Source: Candidatus Latescibacterota bacterium
GTDB lineage: Bacteria > Latescibacterota > UBA2968 > UBA8231
Assembly (NCBI GenBank): GCA_965203355.1
Contig: OZ241889.1
Coordinates: forward strand, 1,600,001 to 1,664,000
Length of the DNA: 64,000 nt
Direction: 5' to 3'
Within the stretch, counting starts at the first letter, position 1. Each line of letters begins with the position of its first letter. Positions 47,116-56,924 of this stretch are shown here, piece by piece. The notes under the pieces were generated by a model. That model searched no databases, was not told the DNA's origin, and saw nothing but the letters and a program-made list of their open reading frames with translations. Made by a program: the position numbers and the translations under genes.

Positions 47116-48752
47116 AGGGTTGTGGTGTGCTGCTGCTGTGGATGGCGGCCTGCGCGCCTACGGACGACCGGCCCTTCGTCGACAAGGCTAGTGAGTGGGG
47201 CATAGAGCGGCCCCACGTCGGCGGCGGCGCGGAAAAGCGCTATATCGTCGAAGCCAAAGGCGGTGGGGCCGCGCTGCTCGACGCGGATGGCGATGGCGAT
47301 TTGGATATCTATTGGGTCAATGGGGAGGGCGGCGACAATGCGCTCTACCGCAACGACCGCGGCCGGGGCTTTGTCGATCGAGCGGCCGCGGCCCGGGTCT
47401 TGGGGCGCGGCTGGGGCATGGGTGCGCTGAGCGCGGATTACGATGCCGACGGCGATGCCGACCTGTACATCACCTGCCTGCGGGAAAACATCCTCTATCG
47501 CAACGACGGATTAGAGCAATTCGCCGATGCCACGGCCCGCGCTGGGTTGGCGCTGCCGGTGTGGAGTACGGGCGCGGCCATGGGCGATGCGGACTTGGAC
47601 GGCGACTTGGATTTGTACGTGGCCAATTACGCGGATTTTGACTCGACGGTGGTGCGGCCCTTGGGGACGCAGTGGAAGGGCCGCGACGTATTCATCGGCC
47701 CGCTGGGCTTGCCCGCGCTCCCAGACGCGCTCTACCGCAACGATGGGGCTGGCCTCTTTGCCGAGGTGACGGCGGCTAGCGGCCTCGAGCCGCGCGATCC
47801 GGGCTATGGGTTTGCCGTATTGTTCATCGACAGCGACGACGACGGGGATTTGGACCTGTACGTCGCCAACGACTCAACGCCCAATTTCCTCTACCGCAAC
47901 GATGGCGCGGGTATCTTTGCCGAAGTGGGGCTACAGGCCCATGCCGCGCTGGGGGAAACGGGCTTGGCGCAGGCTGGCATGGGCGCGGCTTGGGGCGATT
48001 TTGACAACGATGGCGACGGCGATTTGCTGGTCACCAATTTTGAAGACGACTACAACACGCTCTACCGCAACACCGGCGGCGCGTTTGCGGATGTGAGTTT
48101 TGCCGCGGGCTTGGGCCGCCTCAGCTTGCCCCACGTGGGTTTTGGCGCGGTCTTTTTCGACTTTGACAACGACGCCGACCAAGACTTGTTCGTGGCTAAC
48201 GGGCATGTGTACCCGCAGATCGAACGCCCGGGCAGCGGCGCGACCTACGCGCAAGCCAATCACTTGTTCGCCAATGACGCTGGACGTTTCCGCCTCGTCG
48301 AGTTGGGTGAGGACCGGGCGGTCAGTCGCGGCGCGGTGGCCGGGGATTTTGACGACGATGGCCGCGTGGATCTGTTCGTCACCAATCTCAACGGCCAGCC
48401 CTCCTTGCTGCACAACCAGATGGCCGCTGCTCATCACTGGCTCGGTGTGCGTCTCGTGGGCGCGGGGAAAAACCGCGAGGCCGTTGGCGCGAAGGTCGTA
48501 TTGTGGAGCGGCGGCCAAAGACAGCGGCGGGACGTGCTCTGCGGCGAGAGCTTCTTGAGCAGCGGCGACCGGCGCGTTCACTTTGGCTTGGGTGCGGCGG
48601 GCCGGGCGGATTCGCTGCACATTTACTGGCCGAGCGGTGTGCTGCAACGGCTGGCTAACTTGCCGATTGACACGTATGTGAACGTTGTGGAAGGGGGGAG
48701 GGGTTGGGGCGTGGCAAATAGGACGGTTCGAGGGGATTCAAGAGCAGATTAA
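47112..48752 (+). CDS. CRTAC1/ASPIC-UnbV family FG-GAP repeat lipoprotein
   Basis: TTGA overlap start (inferred); many DxDGDLDLYV..LYRNDG repeats; C-terminal VHFGLG...IYWPSG. Confidence 0.88.
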   Translation: MKGCGVLLLWMAACAPTDDRPFVDKASEWGIERPHVGGGAEKRYIVEAKGGGAALLDADGDGDLDIYWVNGEGGDNALYRNDRGRGFVDRAAAARVLGRGWGMGALSADYDADGDADLYITCLRENILYRNDGLEQFADATARAGLALPVWSTGAAMGDADLDGDLDLYVANYADFDSTVVRPLGTQWKGRDVFIGPLGLPALPDALYRNDGAGLFAEVTAASGLEPRDPGYGFAVLFIDSDDDGDLDLYVANDSTPNFLYRNDGAGIFAEVGLQAHAALGETGLAQAGMGAAWGDFDNDGDGDLLVTNFEDDYNTLYRNTGGAFADVSFAAGLGRLSLPHVGFGAVFFDFDNDADQDLFVANGHVYPQIERPGSGATYAQANHLFANDAGRFRLVELGEDRAVSRGAVAGDFDDDGRVDLFVTNLNGQPSLLHNQMAAAHHWLGVRLVGAGKNREAVGAKVVLWSGGQRQRRDVLCGESFLSSGDRRVHFGLGAAGRADSLHIYWPSGVLQRLANLPIDTYVNVVEGGRGWGVANRTVRGDSRAD

Positions 48753-48779
48753 CGAGCGGCTAAACAATTGGTACGTGCG

Positions 48780-49242
48780 TTATGCAAATGGAATAGGAAG
48801 CTGAGCGGGTATATCTGGAGTAGAAATCCGCAGAGGCGAATCTCCCAATTGGCCGTTCAATCGCAAAAGGTCATCGTCAAAAGTATACAACACGTCAACG
48901 CCTTCGGTCATTGAGGCTGTTGCCACGTGGATAGAGTCCTTAGGATTAAGGTGAGGATAGCGCCATATTAAGATCGCGAGCCCATTCGGCTGTTCGTCGA
49001 TCTACGTTGACAATACTTACGAACTCTTGTTCAAAAAATTCCTTGATGGTCTCTTCTTTACTTTGAGACAATGGTTGCTGGCCTTTGATCTTGATAACCT
49101 CCGTCAATGTTAATGCCGAAGTGATTATTTTCACTTCTCCCTTCTCAGAGGAAATAACTAATCCACGACAGGCTTCTACTTTGTCCCGCTCTCGGTTGAA
49201 CCATCCGATAAATACGTCGGCATCGCAATACACTTTCCGCAT
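48780..49242 (-). pseudogene. PIN-domain (VapC-like) ribonuclease, frameshifted
   Basis: VYCDADVFI and TSALTLTEV in the first frame. One extra base near 48970 (GAT CTT [A] ATA TGG); removing it restores IWRYPHLNPKDSIHVATA...LYTFDDDLL...PIPFA* with TAA at 48782-48780. Confidence 0.85.
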
Positions 49243-49248
49243 ATGGGA

Positions 49249-50004
49249 TCACTCAGCGAGAATACCCAGCACATCGTTCCAAGATGGCAGTTCGTTTTTG
49301 GGGCGAAGTTTTCTAAATTCCTCAACATTGATATTGATCGGCGTACCATTGCGCCGATATTGAATAAGCCCTGAAACCGATACGCGCCGATCCATCTTAG
49401 GATCAAAAGACCGCAGCACATCGTCCCACAATTCGCTAGGGAAATAGCAGTTGATATTGCGGCCCGATATATCATCATCAATAGAAAAGCGCGTCTTGCC
49501 TCGCCTGCTGAGCACTTGAATCCGTCCTTCAACCGTACCGTGGACAGCGTATTTTCCTTGTAATAACTGGTCGACCGACGCAACAGATCGAGACGACATT
49601 TTAGTAGCCTGTCCTTTGTATCGGACCTGTACTGTACTCAGATCGCCTTCGGACTGGGAGAGCACTTCGCCCATGGTCTTGGCAGCCTCCAATGCTTTTT
49701 CCAAAAAATGCTCAGGCCAGACATCATCCCCCACTTCAAGGGCCGCAAGCCCAGTTTGAATCGCATCAATGGCCACAGGGATCTTTTCGGGGCGCAGCCT
49801 ATTTGCTTCTGGAGTGATGTGTACGCGTACGCTGCCCGGCTCAACCGAAAGAAGCCAATCTAAAGCGTGCGACTTCCCGGCTACGCTATTGGCTACCTCA
49901 TCGGCCATTTGCAAGAACGCATTAAAGCCTTTTCTAAAATGCTGGGCCGTAATCCGCGGACCGTCAATCTCAAACACAAGCGAATTTGGCGAGGATTTGG
50001 TCAT
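49249..50004 (-). CDS. Uncharacterised ~250-aa protein directly upstream of the PIN gene
   Basis: Low-GC ORF ending 6 bp before the PIN ATG; C-terminal GTVEGRI...NCYF...RVSVSGLI suggests an OB-like fold; start 50004 or 50064. Confidence 0.75.
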   Translation of the reverse strand: MTKSSPNSLVFEIDGPRITAQHFRKGFNAFLQMADEVANSVAGKSHALDWLLSVEPGSVRVHITPEANRLRPEKIPVAIDAIQTGLAALEVGDDVWPEHFLEKALEAAKTMGEVLSQSEGDLSTVQVRYKGQATKMSSRSVASVDQLLQGKYAVHGTVEGRIQVLSRRGKTRFSIDDDISGRNINCYFPSELWDDVLRSFDPKMDRRVSVSGLIQYRRNGTPININVEEFRKLRPKNELPSWNDVLGILAE

Positions 50005-50151
50005 GGGTAGAAGGTTCAAGTTCCAGTTTATAAAGGAGTTGGCAAAGTAATGTTCCTGTATCACAGAATCAAGCTAAATTTTGGATGCCGTGTAAATCTA
50101 GTGCTCAAAAAACGCGGGGCAATCAGGATGCCGCCGCGATCGCTTGCATTC

Positions 50152-50811
50152 CTAGTGGCTCAATGCCCAGACCGCGATGTTGGCCCCCATTTTGAGGGCG
50201 TCGAGTCGCTTGCTCTCCGGGTCGCTGTGGACGTCGGGGTCCTCCCAGCCATCGCCTAGGTCCGCCTCATACGTGTACAGCACGGCTAGACGCTCGCCCG
50301 TGAAAAGCGCGAGTGCTTGCGGCCTTTTGCCGTCGTGCTCGTGGACTTTGGGCAGGCCGGCTGGCAACTCGAAGTGGCAGTGGAACAGGGGGTGATCGGG
50401 CGGCAATTCCACCCACTCGGCACTGGGGAAGACTTGGCGCATGGCGCGGCGGAAGCTCTCGTCCATGCCGTAGTTGTCGTCGGCGTGGAGAAAACCGCCG
50501 CTTTCCAAATAGTGCCGAAGCCGCGCGGCCTCCTCGGCGGAAAAAGCCACATTGCCGTGCCCGGTCATGTAGAGGTACGGATAAGAAAACAGCTCCTCGT
50601 CCATGATTTGTACGCGCGCCTCGGTTTCGGCTGCGTCGATTTGGGTATGCTCTCTTAAGAAGCGGAGCAGGTTGGGCAGGGAAGAGGGGTCGCTGTACCA
50701 GTCGCCGCCGCCGCCGTATTGCAGCCGCGCAATGGTAAATAGGGGCTGAGCCGGGCCATTTACTGCGAGGCATGCCATGGCGAGCGCGGCGTAGAGGGCC
50801 AAGCCGCGCAT
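50152..50811 (-). CDS. DUF4159 domain protein
   Basis: ARLQYGGGGDWY, YPYLYMTGHG, GGFLHADDNYG, DLGDGWED. Confidence 0.88.
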   Translation of the reverse strand: MRGLALYAALAMACLAVNGPAQPLFTIARLQYGGGGDWYSDPSSLPNLLRFLREHTQIDAAETEARVQIMDEELFSYPYLYMTGHGNVAFSAEEAARLRHYLESGGFLHADDNYGMDESFRRAMRQVFPSAEWVELPPDHPLFHCHFELPAGLPKVHEHDGKRPQALALFTGERLAVLYTYEADLGDGWEDPDVHSDPESKRLDALKMGANIAVWALSH

Positions 50812-50812
50812 G

Positions 50813-53002
50813 TCAGCGGTCGTTGATCACGGCGAATTTGCCGCGCACTGGATCGCCGGTTTCGGCTTGCGCGACAAAGTAGTAAACACCCGATCCCACC
50901 AGAAAGCCGGCCGCGCTTTGGCCATTCCAAGTGGCTGCGCTGTCGAGTTGGCGCACGAGCTCCCCCGCGGCCGTGAAAATGCGCACGCTGGCTCCCAGCG
51001 GCAGGTCGGCAAAGGTCAGGGCGGCACCGCGCACGCCGATGTGGAAGGGGTTGGGATAGGCGTAGGCCCGAGGACCCGCGGCGGTCCCCGAGGTGCCGAG
51101 GTGCAGGCGGCTCATCCCGCCGAGTGTGCCAATCCACAACGCGCCGCTGTTCCGGTCGAAGTAGAGCGAGTTGACGCGGTTGTTGACGAGGCCGTCGCTC
51201 GCGTCGAGCGCAAACTCGACTTGGCCCTCGGTGTTGATGCGGGCCAAGCCGCCTTCGGTGCCGACCCACATGCGCCCCCAGTCGTCTTCAGCCAGTGCCG
51301 CGGTCGCGGCCGATGGCAGGCCGTTGTTGGCGTTGTACACTTTCCAACTTGTGATCGCAAAATCCGCGTTGGCGCGCGAATACTCGCCGCGCACGGCATT
51401 GAGGCCGTTGTTGGTGGCGATCCACACTTGCCCCGAGCGGTCGACGTGGATGTCGGCGACGGCATTGCTGGTCAGGTCTGGATAAGCAACGGTGTCGAAG
51501 ATTAAGCCGGTCTCGTCGCCGAGCGCAAAAGGGGTACCGCCATCGTCGAAGAGGCAGAAGCCGTCGAGTGCCGTCCCAATCCACTTTAGGCCGTCGGGGC
51601 CAATGGCGATTTTGGTCATGTCGCGGCCGGCCGACATGCCGAAGTTCAACTGGCTGTTGAGTGCGGCTTGCTGGGGAGGCCACCCATCCATGACGACGAG
51701 CCCATTGCGGACGTTGGCGATCCACAGCAAGCCGTTGGCGTCGCGGTCGATGTCGCTGATGGCGACAAAGGGACCGCCGTTGATGCCTTCGAGCGCCGAG
51801 TTGTTGGCCGTGAGATGCTGCCACTGGCCGTTGGCGTCTCGGACGTTAAGGCCGACCCCCCAATGGCCGACCCACAGCAGGCCCTCGCTGTCGGTCTCCA
51901 AAGCCGAGACGGTATTGGACGATAGATCGGTACTGGTGGTATAGGTAGTCCAGCCCTCGCCGTCGAACTCGTATAGACCCAATGCGGGCCGATCATCCTT
52001 GGGCACGGAGGCGACCCAAAGATGGCCGTTGGGAGTCTGCGCTATGTCGAAGAAAACGTTGCCTACAGGCTCGCGCGGGGGCGGCGGTTGGTCGGTGCCG
52101 AGGACGCGCAGGCCGCTCGCGCTGGCGACCCACAGGGGGCCGCCGGTATCGGACAGATCCGCGGTGCTGCGGATGTGCGGTGCCCGGAGCGGTTGCCAAC
52201 GGTCGCCTTGGCGCTGGGATAAGGTGCCGTCAGCCGCCCCACTGACGATGCGCGCCTCAAAGAGGCCGAGGGCCACGCTGCCGGTCGTGGAGTGGTCGAG
52301 CTCCGGGGGGGCGAGCGCGGGATGGACGCGCCAGATGCCGCTCGCGGCGGCGACGAAAAGCGTGTCTTGATAGACTAGCATGTCGCGCACCTCGCCCTCT
52401 ATGGGCTCAGCCACCCAACTGTTGGGGTCTTGGAGATTGGGCTGGGCCAAATCCGCCCACACTAGGCCATTGACGGTCCCGGCCCACAGACGACCGGCAA
52501 ACACTTCAATGCTGGTCACCTCGGTGTCTTTAGGCAGCTTTCCCAAGCGTCGATAGGTCTCCTTGACCTCTTCCTTGCTGACGACAAACGCGCTGACGCC
52601 GCGCTCGCTGCCGACGTAGAGGAGGTCCCGGTGCGGCGCAAGGGCATTGATGCGCAGGTTTTGGAAGTCGAGAAAGGGCGGGTCAAAGCGGTTTTGCGCG
52701 GGCCGATAGCGGCTCAAACCCTGAGAGTGGGTGCCAAACCACAGGTGGCCGTTGGCATCTGCGGCGAGGCTCAAGATGCGATGGCCCGGCAGGCCATCGC
52801 GGCGCGTGAAGCGCGTATAGGTTTGGGTCTGCTGGTCGTAGCGCAGGACGCCGCCGCTGGTGCCGGCCCAGACCGCGTCTTGGTGGACGAGGACCCGGTT
52901 GATTTGGCGCATACTGGTATAGGCTTCCCATTGGGTGCCGGATAACTGGGCGCGCCCGGGCAAGGCCAAAAGCAGCAGGAGCAAGAGGCGGAGTAAGAGC
53001 AT
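50813..53002 (-). CDS. PorZ-like beta-propeller protein with C-terminal FlgD-Ig/T9SS-type domain
   Basis: Repeated GL.SN.V..L..D..G.LWIGT blades; YAYPNPF...WNG..AAG.LVGSGVYYF...KFAVI. Confidence 0.8.
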   Translation of the reverse strand: MLLLRLLLLLLLALPGRAQLSGTQWEAYTSMRQINRVLVHQDAVWAGTSGGVLRYDQQTQTYTRFTRRDGLPGHRILSLAADANGHLWFGTHSQGLSRYRPAQNRFDPPFLDFQNLRINALAPHRDLLYVGSERGVSAFVVSKEEVKETYRRLGKLPKDTEVTSIEVFAGRLWAGTVNGLVWADLAQPNLQDPNSWVAEPIEGEVRDMLVYQDTLFVAAASGIWRVHPALAPPELDHSTTGSVALGLFEARIVSGAADGTLSQRQGDRWQPLRAPHIRSTADLSDTGGPLWVASASGLRVLGTDQPPPPREPVGNVFFDIAQTPNGHLWVASVPKDDRPALGLYEFDGEGWTTYTTSTDLSSNTVSALETDSEGLLWVGHWGVGLNVRDANGQWQHLTANNSALEGINGGPFVAISDIDRDANGLLWIANVRNGLVVMDGWPPQQAALNSQLNFGMSAGRDMTKIAIGPDGLKWIGTALDGFCLFDDGGTPFALGDETGLIFDTVAYPDLTSNAVADIHVDRSGQVWIATNNGLNAVRGEYSRANADFAITSWKVYNANNGLPSAATAALAEDDWGRMWVGTEGGLARINTEGQVEFALDASDGLVNNRVNSLYFDRNSGALWIGTLGGMSRLHLGTSGTAAGPRAYAYPNPFHIGVRGAALTFADLPLGASVRIFTAAGELVRQLDSAATWNGQSAAGFLVGSGVYYFVAQAETGDPVRGKFAVINDR

Positions 53003-53011
53003 GGAAACGGC

Positions 53012-55462
53012 CTACATCATCGTTAGAGGGTCGATGTTAATGGAAAAGTGGAGGGCGCGTTCTTTGGCGGCCTCGCGCATGGCTGGCAAGGCGCTGAGGG
53101 CCGTTGTGTGCAAATGGTGCGCCGAGGAGCCGCGCAAGAGGGCTTGCCAGCGGTAGTGACCGCGCAGCTGGGCCAGCGGGGCCGGGGCGGGCCCGAGCAC
53201 GAGTGCCTCTGGGTCGAGGCCCTGCCGCAGGGCGTTCACGCCCTGTTGCGCTCCGGTTTCAACGGCTTGCTCGTTGGGGCCGCGCCAGCGGAAGACGATG
53301 AGGCGGCCAAACGGGGGGAATCCGGCCTGCCGCCGCTGGGCCAACTCGTCGTGGGCAAAAGCAGCGTAATTTTGGTTGGCGGCCGCACGCAAGGCTGCGT
53401 CGTCGGGCAGGAGCGTTTGGATGACGACTTCCCCGGCGGTGGGACCGCGCCCCGAGCGGCCAGCGACTTGCGTTAGGAGTTGGAAGCTCCGCTCGGCCGC
53501 GCGGAAGTCGGGCAGGTGCATACCGGTGTCTGCGGAAATCACGCCGACTAGCGTGACTTCGGGCAGGTCGAGGCCCTTGGCGACCATTTGGGTGCCGAGC
53601 AACACGTCGGCCTCGCCGTTGCGGAAGCGCTCCACGAGCGCGTCGTGCGCGCCTTTCCGAGTGGTGGTATCCACGTCCATGCGGATGACGCGGATGCCGG
53701 GAAATTGGGCCAACAGGGCGCTTTCAACCCGTTGAGTGCCCACGCCGGCGAAGCGCAGCTCCGAACTGCCACAGGACGGGCAGGTCGGCGGGGGCGGGGC
53801 TGCAAAATCGCAGTAATGGCAGCGGGTCTCGGCGGCCGCGGGGCGCTGGTGATAGGTCAGCGAGACGCGGCAACTGGGGCACTCGATCGGCTTGCCACAG
53901 GCGGTGCAGCTAATGAAGGGCGCAAAGCCGCGGCGATTTTGCAACAAGATGATCTTCTCGCCGCGCGCGAGGCGGTCTTGCATCTTGCGCCGCAAGTCGT
54001 GCGAGAAGATGGTGCGCTGCTTTCTTTGGAACGGCTCCTGTTTCATATCGACGACCGTCACTTGCGGCAAAGGGCGGTCGTCGATGCGGCGGGGCAAGGT
54101 GTGGAGGTGGTACTTGCCCGTGGCGGCGTTCCAGTGCGACTCTAAGCTGGGCGTGGCTGATCCGAGGACGACGGCGGCGTTGCCGCGCTGCCCGCGCACT
54201 AAGGCGAGGTCGCGGGCGTTGTAGGTGAGGGGGTGGTTGCCGTTGAGGTCTTCCTGCTTGTACGAGGTGTCGTGTTCTTCGTCCACGACAATCAGCCCCA
54301 AATTTTCTACGGGTGCGAGAATGGCCGAGCGCGCGCCGATGAGTACGCGCTGCTCGCGGCGGCGCAAGCGACGCCAAGTGTCGTAGCGCTCTCCAGCCGA
54401 AAGCTGGCTGTGAAAAACGGCGACGGCCTCGCCGAAGTGTTCCTTGAAGCGCCGCACCATCTGCCAAGCGAGGGCGATTTCTGGAACCAAGACGATCGCG
54501 CCGCGCCCGGCCGCCAACGCTTGCGCCACAAGTTGGATGTACACCAGGGTTTTGCCCGAGCCGGTGACACCGTGCAGCAAGGCCGGATAGAATGTCCGGG
54601 CGTCGAGCGCGGCCGACAGATGGTCGAGGACGTGTCGCTGGTCGCTGGTCGGGACGAGGGCCGGGGGGGGGCCGCTGGCGATGTGGGCGAGGGGGTCGCG
54701 GATGACTTCCTCGGCCGTTGGAGAAATCAAGCCGCGGCCTTCGAGTGCCTTGAGTACCGGCGAGGAAAAGCCAGCCTCGTTCAGTTCGCGGCGTGCGGCC
54801 ATGGGGTGGTCGAGCAAGTAGCGCAGACAGGCCGCTTGGCGCGGCGCGCGTTTTTCGATGGCGGCGATGGCTGTATGCGCGGCTGGTTCGTCGTTGAGGG
54901 AAAAGCAGTGCTGGCTCAGGGCGCGGGGTCGGCGGTCTTCGAGCACGGGCGCGATTTCGATGTGTCGGCTGCGGCTCAGGGCGCGCAGGCCCTCTTCCAA
55001 GCCTTGGCTGCCGAGTCGGCGTTTGAGCGTGCTAACTTTGAGGGAGCCGCTGCGCTGGAGTTCGCCGATGATTCGCGCCTCTATACCGGCGTGGTGGCCA
55101 GTGGGCGCATCGCGCAGTTGGACGAGGCGGTTGGAACTGAGTTTGACGCCTGGGGGTAGAGCGGCCATCAGCGCACTGCCGAGGGGGGCCATGTAGTAGG
55201 AAGCCATCCAGCGGCAGAGTGCGACGACCTCTGGACTGAGGAGCGAGGAGTCGAGGATTTGTTCGATAGGACGAATCTTGCTTGGGGGCAGGTCGCCGAG
55301 TGTAACGGGCCCTAAGACGACGCCGGTGAGTCGGTGCTGTACCACCGGCACCAAAGCCAAGGCCCCAGGCTGTGCTTCTGCGGCGAATTCAGCGGGTACG
55401 CCATAGGTCAACTCGCGCGCTACGGGGGGCGGCAGAGAGACCTCTACGTAGCCTTGGATCAT
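53012..55462 (-). CDS. priA: Primosomal protein N'
   Basis: GVTGSGKT, VDEEHD, GSATPS, four CxxC motifs, GTQMVAKGLD, QVAGRSGR; ATG 55462 overlaps the rodZ stop. Confidence 0.96.
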   Translation of the reverse strand: MIQGYVEVSLPPPVARELTYGVPAEFAAEAQPGALALVPVVQHRLTGVVLGPVTLGDLPPSKIRPIEQILDSSLLSPEVVALCRWMASYYMAPLGSALMAALPPGVKLSSNRLVQLRDAPTGHHAGIEARIIGELQRSGSLKVSTLKRRLGSQGLEEGLRALSRSRHIEIAPVLEDRRPRALSQHCFSLNDEPAAHTAIAAIEKRAPRQAACLRYLLDHPMAARRELNEAGFSSPVLKALEGRGLISPTAEEVIRDPLAHIASGPPPALVPTSDQRHVLDHLSAALDARTFYPALLHGVTGSGKTLVYIQLVAQALAAGRGAIVLVPEIALAWQMVRRFKEHFGEAVAVFHSQLSAGERYDTWRRLRRREQRVLIGARSAILAPVENLGLIVVDEEHDTSYKQEDLNGNHPLTYNARDLALVRGQRGNAAVVLGSATPSLESHWNAATGKYHLHTLPRRIDDRPLPQVTVVDMKQEPFQRKQRTIFSHDLRRKMQDRLARGEKIILLQNRRGFAPFISCTACGKPIECPSCRVSLTYHQRPAAAETRCHYCDFAAPPPPTCPSCGSSELRFAGVGTQRVESALLAQFPGIRVIRMDVDTTTRKGAHDALVERFRNGEADVLLGTQMVAKGLDLPEVTLVGVISADTGMHLPDFRAAERSFQLLTQVAGRSGRGPTAGEVVIQTLLPDDAALRAAANQNYAAFAHDELAQRRQAGFPPFGRLIVFRWRGPNEQAVETGAQQGVNALRQGLDPEALVLGPAPAPLAQLRGHYRWQALLRGSSAHHLHTTALSALPAMREAAKERALHFSINIDPLTMM

Positions 55463-56340
55463 GGTTGGGCGGCGGGGGCCTCTCCTGCGGAAGGCTGTGA
55501 GTCCAATTTTAGAAACTCGATGCCGTTGGCCGCAGCGCGGAAGTGCAGCACTTGGCTGGGGTCGCCGAACTGGCCGTTGCCAAGCAGTTGGCCATCCAAC
55601 CAATAAATTAGGCCGTGAGGACGAGTTGAGAGCACGATAAAATGGTCGCGGGCTTCAAAGCGGTGGCGCTCGCCGGGCGGGACGATGGCCTCAAAGTTTT
55701 CTGCTGCGTCATCCCAGCGGATCTGCACCCAGGTAGAGTCGCGGGCCTCCAGTTCGAGGACCACGGGGGCGGGTTCGGTGGTTTGGGTAGCCGCCTCTGG
55801 CTCGGTGGACGCTTGGACGGACGAATCGCTTGGAGTAGCTGTCGGCTGAGATTGGGCCACGGCCGCAGGCGTTTGGATTGGGGTGCTAGGTGTTTGGGTT
55901 GGTGCGCTAGACGTTTGGGTTGGTGCGCTAGACGTTTGGGCTGGGGGCTGTTTATCGCCGAGAAAGTAAAATAGGGCCAAAGCGAGGACGCAGCAGGCAC
56001 CTATTACCAAGCTGGTGATGATCAGCGGCTTGCGCGAGCGGCGCGGAGTAGGCTGCTCTAGGATGACCAGAGGTTGGGAGCGAGATTGCATGACCCGTCC
56101 GTACCGTTGGTCGAAGCGGGTCAGGAGTGGCTCCGGGTCGAGGTCGAGGAAATCGGCATACGCCTTCAGGGCTAAGCGGACGAACACCGGCTCAACGGCA
56201 TCGAGCTTGTCGGCTTCTATATTCTCTAAAATGAATAGACTGATGCCGCTTTGTCGCTGGACTTCTTCGAGGTCGAGGCCGCGTTCTTGGCGTGCGGCCG
56301 ATAATTCTTCGCCGATGGCTTGTTGTTTTTCTTCGCTCAT
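55459..56340 (-). CDS. rodZ: RodZ-like protein (HTH, TM helix, DUF4115)
   Basis: IGEELSAARQERGL HTH, single TM, low-complexity linker, STWVQIRWD. Confidence 0.8.
   Translation of the reverse strand: MSEEKQQAIGEELSAARQERGLDLEEVQRQSGISLFILENIEADKLDAVEPVFVRLALKAYADFLDLDPEPLLTRFDQRYGRVMQSRSQPLVILEQPTPRRSRKPLIITSLVIGACCVLALALFYFLGDKQPPAQTSSAPTQTSSAPTQTPSTPIQTPAAVAQSQPTATPSDSSVQASTEPEAATQTTEPAPVVLELEARDSTWVQIRWDDAAENFEAIVPPGERHRFEARDHFIVLSTRPHGLIYWLDGQLLGNGQFGDPSQVLHFRAAANGIEFLKLDSQPSAGEAPAAQP
55875..55945. repeat. 21-bp tandem repeat encoding (P/A)(T/A)QTSSA in the RodZ linker
   Basis: GGTTGGTGCGCTAGACGTTTG twice plus a degenerate third unit. Confidence 0.7.
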
Positions 56341-56924
56341 TTTGTGGCCCGATCGTTTAGGTCGCACCCCACCGCGCTCAAAAGGACGCAAAGACGAGCT
56401 AAGGGCAGACCGACTACATTATAATAACAACCTGCGATGCGTTCAATAAAACGCGCTCCTAGCCCCTGTATGCCATAGCCTCCGGCCTTGTCGAGCGGTT
56501 CGCCACTGGCGACGTAAGCGGCGATGTCGGCGGCGGTCAAGGTCCGCATCTCCACTTGGGTGCAAACAGCTTCCTGCAGAAGCTGCTCGCCGCTTTGGAT
56601 GGCTAATCCAGTATAGACCTGATGGACCTGGCCCGAGAGGCGACCGAGCATGGCGGCCGCGTCGGTTGCGTCTGCGGGCTTGCCCAATATCGCGCCGTTG
56701 CTATAGACGATGGTGTCCGCGGCGATGATGATGGCGTCCGCCGCGACTACGCTGGCCACGGCGCCGGCTTTGGCCAGGGCCGATTCGAGTGCGTAGTTGG
56801 CCGGGATGGACGTTGCGGGCACCGGCTCTTGTAGCGGACTGGGGACGACGGTGAAGGGCAGGGCGAGCTGGCGCAACAGCGCGGTGCGCCGGGGCGAGGC
56901 CGAGCCGAGGATGAGGGGCTTCAC
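56337..56924 (-). CDS. maf: Maf family nucleoside triphosphate pyrophosphatase
   Basis: LILGSASPRR, AADTIV, GKP, DKAGGYGIQ, NVVGLP; GTG start overlaps the dtd stop. Confidence 0.92.
   Translation of the reverse strand: MKPLILGSASPRRTALLRQLALPFTVVPSPLQEPVPATSIPANYALESALAKAGAVASVVAADAIIIAADTIVYSNGAILGKPADATDAAAMLGRLSGQVHQVYTGLAIQSGEQLLQEAVCTQVEMRTLTAADIAAYVASGEPLDKAGGYGIQGLGARFIERIAGCYYNVVGLPLARLCVLLSAVGCDLNDRATK

Noticed and set aside
48946-48975. Programmed ribosomal frameshift in the PIN gene
   Set aside because: No slippery heptamer or clear stimulatory structure at the shift site; a mutation or sequencing error is simpler.
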